Positions 1 to 9,258 of a stretch of DNA of 64,000 nt are shown here, one piece after another. A model generated the notes under the pieces. The model did not search any database. It was not told where the DNA came from and saw nothing but the letters and a program-made list of their open reading frames with translations. The number at the start of each line of letters is the position of its first letter. Positions within the stretch are counted from its first letter, which is position 1. The position numbers were made by a program, and so were the translations under genes. Source of the DNA: an uncultured Candidatus Sumerlaeota bacterium (GTDB taxonomy: Bacteria > Sumerlaeota > Sumerlaeia > MVZB01 > JAJFLK01); assembly GCA_964598765.1 (NCBI GenBank), contig CAZRCZ010000001.1:342327-406326 (forward strand), in the 5' to 3' direction.

Positions 1-3000
1 GGGATGCCCGTTCAGGGCGTTCGTCATGGTCAAGTTTCCCTAACCGAGGGCGTTGCCCTCGGCTACCATGAACCAGACCTTCGGCCTGTCGGATTGAAAC
101 GGGATTTCGATGCGAGGTCGAATTCTGAGACAGAAACGCGATGATCTGATCGAGCGTGCGGAGCTTGCCCATTTGGTCGGGCTGAATCGCGGGAGCGTCG
201 GGAAGTTTTTCCTGAACGGCGGAAAGGATCTCGACCCGCTTGATGGAGTCAATGCCGAGGTCGGATTCCAAATCCATGGAGAGGTTCAGCGTTTCGACCG
301 GATAACCGGTTTTTTCGCCGACGATTTCCAAGAGAAGCGTGGCGAAATCCGTTGAGGGAATTGAATCGGACGTTGTGCCATAGCGCTCTTCGGCTGTGGG
401 CTTGACAACTTCCAACATTGAGTCACGGGCGTCTTGTGCATGAATTGAAGGATTTGTTCCCGGAGCGATCGCAGACGGGACGCCTGCGCCATTTGTGTTG
501 ATAGCGGGCTTCATTCCCAACGCCTGCTCATAGAGTCCCTGCTGGCGGGTCATCAGTTCTTGCAAGGCGCGAAGAGAAGACTCTTGTCCTTCGAGAAATC
601 TGCGATGAATTTGCGTGGTTTGCTCTTGGAGCCTTTGAACCGCGACAAGATTTTCCTGAGCGGTCCTGAGGGCTTCGAGAAGGATTGGATTGGCGGTGGA
701 GTCGGAAAAGGATGGAAGGGGAGACGTTGAAACGGAAGGCGAAGCAGGCGCGGCGGGAAAGGTTTTCGGAGGAGGCGCGGGAGTATGGCGCTTGGGCGCT
801 TCCTGCGGCGAGAATTCGATTTTCGCGGGTTGGGGCGACATCGTGGTTTGGATTTCCTCCCTTGATTCGACAATGGCCGGAGCGCCGTTGCCGTTCTTCT
901 CGGCGGATGAAATTTTCTTTGGCGAAGCGGCGCGATACTGCGCTCCGCAAATTGAAACGGTCATGCGTGAATGTTTTTTGGGTTGAGCGTCGGATTGGGA
1001 CGATTCCGGTTCCCAGAGCCGGAGGTCAACCGGATGCCCTAGAGCGGCCAGTTGTGCCAGCGCGCGAGCGAAATCGGCGATGCCGTCGCCGCGACCCGAA
1101 CTCGCGTCCGCGGCAATGGCGTGATATTCCCGCTCGCCGAGAATTGCCTTGACCAATCCGGTCAGTTTCGCGCCCGGACCCACTTCGACGAACGTTCGCG
1201 CTCCATCTTCATACATTCGCTCGATTTCCGAACGGAAATTGACGGGATTGGCGAGTTGCGTCCCGAGTAGATCCCGCGCTTGATCGGCGTCATCCGGGTA
1301 TGTCTCATTTGTGGTGTTGGAATAAACCGGAATTTTTCCGGGTGAAATCTCGGCTTCGCGCAGGGCTTCGCGGAAGGGCGCTTGCGCCGAGGCGACCAGT
1401 GCGCTGTGAAACGCCGCCCCAACGGGTAGCGTCGCGCAAGTCAGTTTTCGCTTGCGGAAAATTTCAGCCGCTCGCTCGACCTTCGGCGTCGGACCGGATA
1501 AAACAATCTGCCTCGGAGCATTGAGATTGGCGACCGTCAATCCAAGCCGCTCCTCCTCGATCACCCGTACCGCCTCTTCAAGCGACGCTTGAACGGCGAT
1601 CATCGAACCCTTGTTGTCCGAAGCCTTGGCCATCAACTCGCCGCGAACCTTGGCCAGATGCAAGAGGGTCTTGGCGTCAATGCGACCGCCGGTAAATAGC
1701 GCCATCAATTCTCCGAAGCTGTGTCCCGCCGCCATGGCCGGATGCGCGCCGAACATCGTCAGAAGACAAACCATCCCCATGCTGATCGCGCCGATGGCGG
1801 GCTGGGCGACATGCGTGGCGCGGAGCGCAAGCTCGTTAAGTTTCTTGGCTTCCTCGCTGAACGTGGCGTGGGGTAAAATGAAATCGCTCAATTGGCAGGC
1901 CAAATCGGCGACGTCGCCGTAAGCGAGATCGGCTTGCGTGAGCGCCTCCTGCATTTTAGGGAAAAGACAAATCAAATCGCGAGCCATGCCGACGTATTGC
2001 GAGCCTTGGCCGGGGAAAAGAAACGCCAGCTTGCCCGGTTTGCGCGAGCGTCCGAAATAAGCTCCCTCGGGAAGCGACCACGAAACTTTTTCCTTCTCGC
2101 GCACCAACCGATCAAGCGCGCCCCCAAAAAGTTTTTTGAAATCCGCCTTGTCTTTTTCCAAGACCACGACAAGGCGATAAGGATGAAGACTCGAAAATTC
2201 GCGGCGCGACGCGGCGGCCATTCGGCAGGCCGAATCCCACGAATCCATCGCCGACCATCGGGCGATTTCAGTTTTCAAATCGTCCAGTGATTCGGCGGAC
2301 AGCGCGGCAATTTGAACCCGCCCATCCCAATCGGCCCCGCTTTTTTCGGAGCGAAATTCCTCCAACACCGCGTGGAAATTGCTTCCCCCGAATCCGAACG
2401 CGCTGACCGCGGCTCTGCGCGGATGCCCCTTGCGCGCGAGCCACGGCCGCTTTTCCGTGCTCACGTAAAAAGGAGTTTCCTTGTCCACCAGCGCCGGAGC
2501 GGGTTTGGAAACCTTGATCGTCGGCGGAAGAATCTTGTGATGCAACGCAAGAGCGATCTTGATGAGTCCCGCAACGCCGGCCGCCGCCTTGGTGTGGCCG
2601 ATTTGCGATTTGACCGAGCCGAGCGCGCACCAAACGCCCGATTCCCTCGCGGAGCGGTAAACTTTTTTCAGCGCGGAGACCTCGGCGGCGTCTCCCGCTT
2701 TGGTTCCCGTTCCGTGCGCCTCGACCAATTCAACCGTCGCGGGAGAAACTCCGGACAGACGATACGCCTGCTCCAAGGCGCGGACCTGCCCTTCCGCGCT
2801 CGGAGCGTAAATTGCCTTGCCCCGTCCGTCGGACGAAGTGCCGATCCCCTTGATGACGGCGTAAATTTTGTCGCCGTCGCGCTCGGCGTCCTTCAAACGT
2901 TTCAAGACCACCATTCCGATTCCTTCGCCGAGCATCGTTCCGTCGGCGTCGGCGTCGAACGGACGGATGTCGCCGGTCGGCGAAAGCGCGGGGGTCTTGC

Positions 3001-3766
3001 TGAAACACATGAACATGAAAACGTCGTTGAACGTGTCCGCGCCGCCGGTGACGACCATGTCGGATCGCCCCGATGCGAGTTCGAGCGTGGCCAGATGCGC
3101 GGCGCTGATCGAACTGGCGCACGCGGCGTCCACGACGCAATTCGTCCCGCCGAGATCGAGACGATTGGCAATCCGCCCCGCGACGACGTTGCCGAGCAAA
3201 CCGGGGAACGAACCTTCCTGCCATACGACATATTGATCGCCGATGCTCTTGACGATCTCGTCTGCGGGCTTGCCTTTAATTCCGTGGTCCTCGAGCGCGC
3301 GGCGCCAGATCGGATGGCCGAGCCGTCCGCCGAGAGCGATGGAAAGCTGAAGCGTTCCGGTGACGCCGAGGATCACGCCGACGCGCTCGCGGTTGAATTG
3401 GCGGTCCGCGCCGTATCCCGCGTCGGCCAGTGCGCCCTGCGCGACGATCAAACTCAAAATTTGCGAGGAATCGGTAGCCTCAAGCGTGTGGGGAGAAATG
3501 CCGAATTCGGTTGGATCGAAATCCACCGGCGAAAGAAATCCGCCGCGACGGCAATAGGTGTGGTCCGGTTTTTTGGGATCGGCGTCATAGTAATCGTCGG
3601 CGTTCCAATGCGAAGGAGGAACGTCGGAGACCGCATCCACGCCGCGCTTGATGTTGGACCAATACCCGCCAAGGCTCTGCGCCTTGGGAAAAAGGCAACT
3701 CATCCCGACGATGGCGATGGGAGTCGGACGGATTGTTTCTTCGGAGCTAATGGAGGTCTCCCTCAA
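1..3766 (-). CDS. pfaA: PfaA-like polyunsaturated-fatty-acid/polyketide synthase, N-terminal KS-AT-ACP portion (3' end lies beyond window start)
   Basis: Minus-strand frame is open from the window edge to ~3766 (absent from ORF track because it runs off the edge). Translation gives PIAIVGMSCLFP...YCRRGGFLSPVDFDPTEFGISP...DSSQILSLIVA (as at the PfaA N-terminus), KS motifs DAACASS (~3110-3130) and HGTGT, acyltransferase motif GHSFGEL (1707-1727), and ACP motif LGIDSIKRVEILS (~240-280). Start uncertain: TTG 3766 or ATG 3703. Confidence 0.8.
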   Translation of the reverse strand, partial: MRETSISSEETIRPTPIAIVGMSCLFPKAQSLGGYWSNIKRGVDAVSDVPPSHWNADDYYDADPKKPDHTYCRRGGFLSPVDFDPTEFGISPHTLEATDSSQILSLIVAQGALADAGYGADRQFNRERVGVILGVTGTLQLSIALGGRLGHPIWRRALEDHGIKGKPADEIVKSIGDQYVVWQEGSFPGLLGNVVAGRIANRLDLGGTNCVVDAACASSISAAHLATLELASGRSDMVVTGGADTFNDVFMFMCFSKTPALSPTGDIRPFDADADGTMLGEGIGMVVLKRLKDAERDGDKIYAVIKGIGTSSDGRGKAIYAPSAEGQVRALEQAYRLSGVSPATVELVEAHGTGTKAGDAAEVSALKKVYRSARESGVWCALGSVKSQIGHTKAAAGVAGLIKIALALHHKILPPTIKVSKPAPALVDKETPFYVSTEKRPWLARKGHPRRAAVSAFGFGGSNFHAVLEEFRSEKSGADWDGRVQIAALSAESLDDLKTEIARWSAMDSWDSACRMAAASRREFSSLHPYRLVVVLEKDKADFKKLFGGALDRLVREKEKVSWSLPEGAYFGRSRKPGKLAFLFPGQGSQYVGMARDLICLFPKMQEALTQADLAYGDVADLACQLSDFILPHATFSEEAKKLNELALRATHVAQPAIGAISMGMVCLLTMFGAHPAMAAGHSFGELMALFTGGRIDAKTLLHLAKVRGELMAKASDNKGSMIAVQASLEEAVRVIEEERLGLTVANLNAPRQIVLSGPTPKVERAAEIFRKRKLTCATLPVGAAFHSALVASAQAPFREALREAEISPGKIPVYSNTTNETYPDDADQARDLLGTQLANPVNFRSEIERMYEDGARTFVEVGPGAKLTGLVKAILGEREYHAIAADASSGRGDGIADFARALAQLAALGHPVDLRLWEPESSQSDAQPKKHSRMTVSICGAQYRAASPKKISSAEKNGNGAPAIVESREEIQTTMSPQPAKIEFSPQEAPKRHTPAPPPKTFPAAPASPSVSTSPLPSFSDSTANPILLEALRTAQENLVAVQRLQEQTTQIHRRFLEGQESSLRALQELMTRQQGLYEQALGMKPAINTNGAGVPSAIAPGTNPSIHAQDARDSMLEVVKPTAEERYGTTSDSIPSTDFATLLLEIVGEKTGYPVETLNLSMDLESDLGIDSIKRVEILSAVQEKLPDAPAIQPDQMGKLRTLDQIIAFLSQNSTSHRNPVSIRQAEGLVHGSRGQRPRLGKLDHDERPERAS

Positions 3767-3946
3767 TGACCGCGTCGCTCGATGAACCTTCGGATCGCGC
3801 CCATTCTGCAAAATAACCCCCCTCAAATCAATCCTTCATTTCATTCACTCTGGAATTTACATCCGCCGCTGATCGGCGTATCTTGAAAAAGGGATTCGGA
3901 CCGGAATGAAAAGGAATCCGGTCAACGGTCCCATGCTCCCGCTCCC

Positions 3947-6415
3947 GTGAATATCCAAATGGAACCCCTGACGCCCCCCGCATCTCCCGCGCCTCCAACC
4001 ACCGGTCTTGTCGGTCTGCCGGTCATCCCGCAGAAGGACCTCGTGGTCTTTCCCAACAGCGTCATGCCCCTTTTCATCATGCGGCACAAGGATTTGGCTT
4101 CGCTCGAAGCGGGATTGGCGATCAACAAGACGGTCTTTCTGGTCGCGCAACGTTCCCCCGCCGAGGATCATCCCGGTCCCAAGGACCTCTATCGCGTCGG
4201 CACGGCGGCGGACGTCATTCAAGTTTTGCGCCTGCCGGACGGCTCGGCCAAGGTGTTGGTCGAGGGAAATTGGGTCGGGCGCATCGAAACATTCTCCAAG
4301 GATTACGAGTATTTGCGCGGCGAGATTCGGCGGCTCGACTTTTTCGTCGAGGATTCCAAGGAACTTCAGGCGTTGAAACGGGGATTGCTCGGTTTGTTCG
4401 AGCAATACGCCCAGCTCTCCGACAAATTGCCCGAGGACCTTGCCCTCTCGATCAAAGCTCTCGAAGACCCGCTTCAACTCGCCAACGCGATCGCGAACTA
4501 TTGCCGTTTCCGAACCGAGGACAAGCAGAGGGTCCTTGAAGCGCAGGACGTCGCGGAGAAGCTTCAGCTTCTATCCCAACTTCTCGCCGCCGACAACGAA
4601 CTTCTAAAAATCGAAAACAACATTTTGTCGCAGGTCAAAAACAAAATTGGAAAAAGCCAGAAGGAGTATTTCCTCAACGAGCAACTCAAGGTGATCGAGA
4701 AGGAACTGGGGCTTGCCAACGAGGAAGACATCGAGCTGGACGAGCTACAGGACAAAATCAAGAAGGCGCGCATGGGGGAAGCGGGCAAGGAAAAGGCGTA
4801 TCGGGAATTGAACCGTCTGTCGAAAATGGCTCCGCTCAGCCCCGAAGCGACGGTCTGCCGGACTTATATCGAATGGCTGACCGAACTGCCGTGGGGCAAA
4901 TTCACGAAGGATCAAATTGACCTCAAGCGGGCGCAGGAAATTCTGGACGAGGACCACTTCGGATTGGAAAAACCGAAGGAGCGGATCATCGAATATCTGG
5001 CCGTGCATCGGCTCGTCGAAAAAATGCGGGGTCCGATTCTCTGCTTCGTTGGTCCGCCGGGCGTCGGGAAAACTTCGCTGGCCCGATCCATCGCGCGGTC
5101 GCTCCGCAGAAAATTCGTCCGCATTTCTCTGGGGGGCATCCGCGACGAAGCCGAAATCCGCGGACATCGGCGAACCTACATCGGTTCCCTTCCCGGCAAA
5201 ATCATGCAGTGGATGAAGAAGGCCGGCTCGATGAATCCGGTTTTTCTTTTGGACGAAGTGGACAAGATGAGCGCCGATTTTCGCGGCGATCCCGCTTCGG
5301 CTCTGCTTGAGGTTCTCGATCCCGAACAGAACAAAGCCTTCAACGATCATTACATCGAAGTTGACTTCGATCTGTCGCACGTCATGTTCATCACGACGGC
5401 CAACACCACGGCGGGTATTCCGTTTCCGTTGCTCGACCGCATGGAGATCATTCACGTTCCCGGCTACACCGAGGACGAAAAACGGATGATCGCGCTCCAA
5501 CACCTGATCGGCAAACAAACCAAGGCGCACGGGCTTTCCCGTCGTCAAATTGCGTTCCAGCCGGAGGCGATTGACACGATCATTCGCTCTTACACGCATG
5601 AAGCGGGCGTGCGGAATCTGGAGCGCGAGATCGCCGCGATTTGCCGAAAAGCCGCGCGCGACGTCGTCAACAATCCGGCGATTCACCAAATCACCGTTAC
5701 GCCCCAACTGGCGAAGGATTATCTGGGACCGATTCGATTCCAAGACATGGAATTACACGCCGTTCAGGAAATCGGCGTCGCCACCGGATTGGCTTGGACC
5801 GAAGTCGGCGGAGAAATTCTTCCCGTCGAAACGACGCTCATGGCGGGCAAGGGAGTCTTGCTCCTGACCGGAAAGTTGGGCGAGGTCATGCAGGAATCGG
5901 CCAAGGCGGCGCTCTCCTACATTCGCGCGCACTCCGCCGAGTTTGGCGTGGACAAGGACTTTTACAAGAAGCTCGACATTCACGTTCACGTCCCCGAAGG
6001 GGCGATTCCCAAAGACGGCCCTTCGGCGGGAATCACGATGGCGGTTTCGATGCTCTCCGCGTTGACGCGCCGTCCCGTTCGCCGGGACGTCGCCATGACG
6101 GGCGAAATTACCCTTCGCGGCCGGGTTCTTAAAATCGGCGGATTGAAGGAGAAATTGGTCGCCGCGCATCGCGCCCATCTGGAAACCGTGATCATCCCCG
6201 CCGACAACGAGCCCGAACTGGCGGAAATCGGCAAGGCAACACGCGAGGCGTTTCGGTTTGTTCCGGTCAAGACGATTGACGAGGTGATCGCCGTCGCCTT
6301 TGCGCCGCAGGAAGCGAAAAAGCAGCCGGAGGAAAAACCCGCGCTTCCCGAAATTCCGATGCTCAAACCGATTCGCATTCGCGGACGATCGCGCCGCATC
6401 TCCGCCCGGCTTTGA
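3947..6415 (+). CDS. lon: ATP-dependent Lon protease
   Basis: 822-aa ORF with Lon N-domain (LPVIPQKDLVVFPNSVMPLFI), Walker A VGPPGVGKTSLARSIARSL, and C-terminal protease domain (PKDGPSAGITMAVSMLSAL). ORF-track start 3947 is GTG; ATG at 3959 is an alternative. Confidence 0.93.
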   Translation: MNIQMEPLTPPASPAPPTTGLVGLPVIPQKDLVVFPNSVMPLFIMRHKDLASLEAGLAINKTVFLVAQRSPAEDHPGPKDLYRVGTAADVIQVLRLPDGSAKVLVEGNWVGRIETFSKDYEYLRGEIRRLDFFVEDSKELQALKRGLLGLFEQYAQLSDKLPEDLALSIKALEDPLQLANAIANYCRFRTEDKQRVLEAQDVAEKLQLLSQLLAADNELLKIENNILSQVKNKIGKSQKEYFLNEQLKVIEKELGLANEEDIELDELQDKIKKARMGEAGKEKAYRELNRLSKMAPLSPEATVCRTYIEWLTELPWGKFTKDQIDLKRAQEILDEDHFGLEKPKERIIEYLAVHRLVEKMRGPILCFVGPPGVGKTSLARSIARSLRRKFVRISLGGIRDEAEIRGHRRTYIGSLPGKIMQWMKKAGSMNPVFLLDEVDKMSADFRGDPASALLEVLDPEQNKAFNDHYIEVDFDLSHVMFITTANTTAGIPFPLLDRMEIIHVPGYTEDEKRMIALQHLIGKQTKAHGLSRRQIAFQPEAIDTIIRSYTHEAGVRNLEREIAAICRKAARDVVNNPAIHQITVTPQLAKDYLGPIRFQDMELHAVQEIGVATGLAWTEVGGEILPVETTLMAGKGVLLLTGKLGEVMQESAKAALSYIRAHSAEFGVDKDFYKKLDIHVHVPEGAIPKDGPSAGITMAVSMLSALTRRPVRRDVAMTGEITLRGRVLKIGGLKEKLVAAHRAHLETVIIPADNEPELAEIGKATREAFRFVPVKTIDEVIAVAFAPQEAKKQPEEKPALPEIPMLKPIRIRGRSRRISARL

Positions 6416-8907
6416 TGAAATCTCTCATCGCCCGTGAACGCGGACTTCCGCTGTTTTGCTTGGGATCGGCGTTGATTTTGGTGTATGGGCGATTTTTCAT
6501 CGGCTTCGCTCCCGCCGGACGCGACATCGTTCTTCAATATCTCCCATATCAGCAATTGGTCCGGCAGGCGATTTGGCGCGGCCAATGGCCGCTTTGGAAT
6601 CCGGCGACGTTTTGCGGGCGTCCGCTCATGGCCGACATTCAGGTCGGCGTTCTCTATCCTCCGAATTGGCTCCACTGGGTTCTTCCGCTCCCCGTTTCGT
6701 TTGCGATTCTTTTTCTCGCGCACACGGCTTGGTCGCTTTGGGGTTGCTTTCGGTTGGGGAAGACTTGGAATTTCAGTTCTCCGGCTTCTTGCCTCACGGC
6801 GGTTCTTTACACTTTCTGTGGATTTCTCTCGGTCAAACTTCAGACCGGAATCATTTTGTTTCACTACGCGGCGTCGTGGCTTCCGTGGTCCGTGCTCGCC
6901 TTGACGGCGTTGTATCGCGCTCCGTCGCTACGGAGCGCGATTGTTCTGGGGCTCGCTCTTGCCATGTCGTTGTTGGCCGGCGCGCCGCAGATCGCGTTTT
7001 ATTCGTGGCTTCTGGTTGGGGGATTGGCGGTGGGATTGACGTTGGGAGGGAAAAGGGTGGAAGGCGAGGAGCAAAAGGCGATAATCGGAGCGAAAGGAAA
7101 ATTTCTCTGTGGCGTCGCGGGGGCGTTTGGCTTGGCGGTTGCGTTGACGCTGATCCAAACCTATCAGACCTATCAAATGACGAGCGTTTCATTTGATCGG
7201 GGATTGAACGTCGGGATATCGAAACGCTGGGAGACGATGACGGAAGGCTCTTTGCGTCCTGATTTGATGTCCTTGATCCTCGATCCCGATTGGTTCGGTC
7301 CGGGAAATGACGAGATGCAATACGCCGGACCGGAAACGGGCTTCTCCGAGGCGTGCGCTTATCTCCCTTGGCTCGCGTGGGGACTCTTGCTTCCGCTGGG
7401 AGAGTTGATGTGGCGTTCTCTTTCCACTCGGGCGCGCCGAATATTTATTTGTTCGCTCCTCCTTGCAATTTTTTCAGTTTTGATGGCGATGGGACATTAT
7501 TCGCCGATTTTCCGTTTCTTCTTCGATCATGTTCCCGGATTCGATCTTTTCCGCGTTCCCGCGCGATGGATGTTCGGATTCAACGTCGCCGTCTCCGTCG
7601 CCTCCGGAGCGGTTTTCGACGAACTTCTCCGCGCGCGCCCTTTGACGGAAAAATCAAAGTGGACCCTTTTAATTGTGGTTGGTTTGTCTCTTGCCGGCCT
7701 TGCGGCTGTCCGCCTTGGTGTCCGGCAATCGAATTCAGCGCGCGGCGTTGAGACCTTTGCTCCGATTTTCAAACTCTCCATTCCCATCCTTGTAGCAATA
7801 TTCTCGGTGTGGTTATTCGCTTTTTTCCCTGTCCACGTAGGTCGGGCTTGTAGCCAGGCGAATGGTCGCCTTGAAAGGCCGACGTACAATCTTCTCCAAT
7901 TTCTTATTCCGCTATTGGCGACATTGGACCTCGCGCTTGTCGCATGGCCGAATCAAGCCGCCGTCCGCGCCGACAAGTTTTATTCGACCTTCTATTCTCA
8001 AACCCCTCTGGTGAAAAAGTTGAAGGAGATGTCAGCCGGAGGCAGAGTTCTCTGGACCGACGGACTCCTCGACTGGCATCTGGATCAAAACACGCCCGAA
8101 GTCGTCACCAATACCCTCATCATGCAAGGGATGACCGACGCGCGCGGATACGATCCGGTCAACGCGTGGTGGATCGGGACGTGGTTCAATCGTCTCGCGG
8201 GCCTGCCGCCGGAAAATAATCCGAGAGGCTATATGCGCGTCCCGAAAATCGCGCTACCCCCGTGGCTGACGTTGATGGGAGTCGAAACGATTCTGAGCTA
8301 TGAAGACTTGTCATCCCTGCCTGAACTTCAACTTGCGGACCGCGTTGATTTTCCCGAAGGACCGTTGGGGATTTGGACAAACAAAAATTATCGCGGCCTT
8401 GCCTTTGCGGTTCCCTCCGATTCCTCGGAAACAAACGTGGAACTTGATGATCGCGCGAAGGCTCAATCCCTCTCCCAACGCGCCGCTCTTTCGAATCCGA
8501 CCGATCCTCTCAAAGCCGTAGTCTTCGATTCTCTCAATTTTCATCCTTCATCCTTCATCCCTCATCCTTTCGGCGTCCGCGCCGTTGAGGAGGGTCCGAA
8601 TCGTTTTGCCTATCAAACCGATTTCCCCGACGCCGCCCCGTTGCTTTTCGCGCAAAGCGCGTATCCCGGCTGGAGCGTCAAGGTCAACGGCGCTTACGCA
8701 CCGCTTTCCGTCGTGTGCGGCACGTTTTTGGCGGTCGCGGTCCCCGCCGGAAAAAGTCTTGTGGAGTTCGAATATTATCCGCCGTCGGGATTTGAATGGG
8801 CCGAACTGACGAGCCTTGCGACGGCAATCGTCATGATCTTTTGCTTGATCCGCGATTGGCGAAAGGGGAAAACAGACGCTCCGATCAAACCGCAAACTCA
8901 ACCATGA
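6415..8907 (+). CDS. YfhO-family polytopic membrane protein (GT-C-like)
   Basis: ~830-aa ORF, multiple hydrophobic segments, N-terminal region QYLPYQQ...GQWPLWNPATFCGRPLMADIQVGVLYPPNWL resembles YfhO family. ATG at 6415 overlaps the lon stop (TGA 6413-6415); ORF-track start 6412 is TTG. Confidence 0.6.
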   Translation: MKSLIARERGLPLFCLGSALILVYGRFFIGFAPAGRDIVLQYLPYQQLVRQAIWRGQWPLWNPATFCGRPLMADIQVGVLYPPNWLHWVLPLPVSFAILFLAHTAWSLWGCFRLGKTWNFSSPASCLTAVLYTFCGFLSVKLQTGIILFHYAASWLPWSVLALTALYRAPSLRSAIVLGLALAMSLLAGAPQIAFYSWLLVGGLAVGLTLGGKRVEGEEQKAIIGAKGKFLCGVAGAFGLAVALTLIQTYQTYQMTSVSFDRGLNVGISKRWETMTEGSLRPDLMSLILDPDWFGPGNDEMQYAGPETGFSEACAYLPWLAWGLLLPLGELMWRSLSTRARRIFICSLLLAIFSVLMAMGHYSPIFRFFFDHVPGFDLFRVPARWMFGFNVAVSVASGAVFDELLRARPLTEKSKWTLLIVVGLSLAGLAAVRLGVRQSNSARGVETFAPIFKLSIPILVAIFSVWLFAFFPVHVGRACSQANGRLERPTYNLLQFLIPLLATLDLALVAWPNQAAVRADKFYSTFYSQTPLVKKLKEMSAGGRVLWTDGLLDWHLDQNTPEVVTNTLIMQGMTDARGYDPVNAWWIGTWFNRLAGLPPENNPRGYMRVPKIALPPWLTLMGVETILSYEDLSSLPELQLADRVDFPEGPLGIWTNKNYRGLAFAVPSDSSETNVELDDRAKAQSLSQRAALSNPTDPLKAVVFDSLNFHPSSFIPHPFGVRAVEEGPNRFAYQTDFPDAAPLLFAQSAYPGWSVKVNGAYAPLSVVCGTFLAVAVPAGKSLVEFEYYPPSGFEWAELTSLATAIVMIFCLIRDWRKGKTDAPIKPQTQP

Positions 8908-9212
8908 ACAAAACTCCCCCACCCAAAACCCTCAATCACCCATCCAATCTGCCGGATCGCCTCTCGATGGACCGCACGTTGTTATCCAATGAGCGCACCC
9001 TGCTCGCTTACATTCGGACGGCGCTGACGGCGGTGATCGTCGGCATCTCTCTCATCAAATTATTCGCCACCGTGCTGGTTATTGTCATTGGTTGGGCGTT
9101 TTTGGGTCTGGGGATTTTGATTACATGGTGGGGTCTGGTCCGATACCAACAAGTCAAACGCCTCGTGCGAAAAATGGAGGAAGAGGACTTCGGTCCGCGC
9201 GATCCGACGTAA
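8904..9212 (+). CDS. DUF202 (YidH-like) small membrane protein
   Basis: Motif LSNERTLLAYIRTAL followed by two hydrophobic helices. ATG 8904 overlaps the stop of the upstream gene (ATGA). Confidence 0.65.
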   Translation: MNKTPPPKTLNHPSNLPDRLSMDRTLLSNERTLLAYIRTALTAVIVGISLIKLFATVLVIVIGWAFLGLGILITWWGLVRYQQVKRLVRKMEEEDFGPRDPT

Positions 9213-9258
9213 GAATTGGCCTGCGAAAGACGCGAAGGATGCGAAAATTGAATTTGAA

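Noticed and set aside
2312-3769. 485-aa plus-strand ORF, arginine-rich
   Set aside because: Antisense shadow of the minus-strand PfaA-like gene; composition (runs of R/G/A) is not protein-like and the opposite strand has clear KS/AT motifs.
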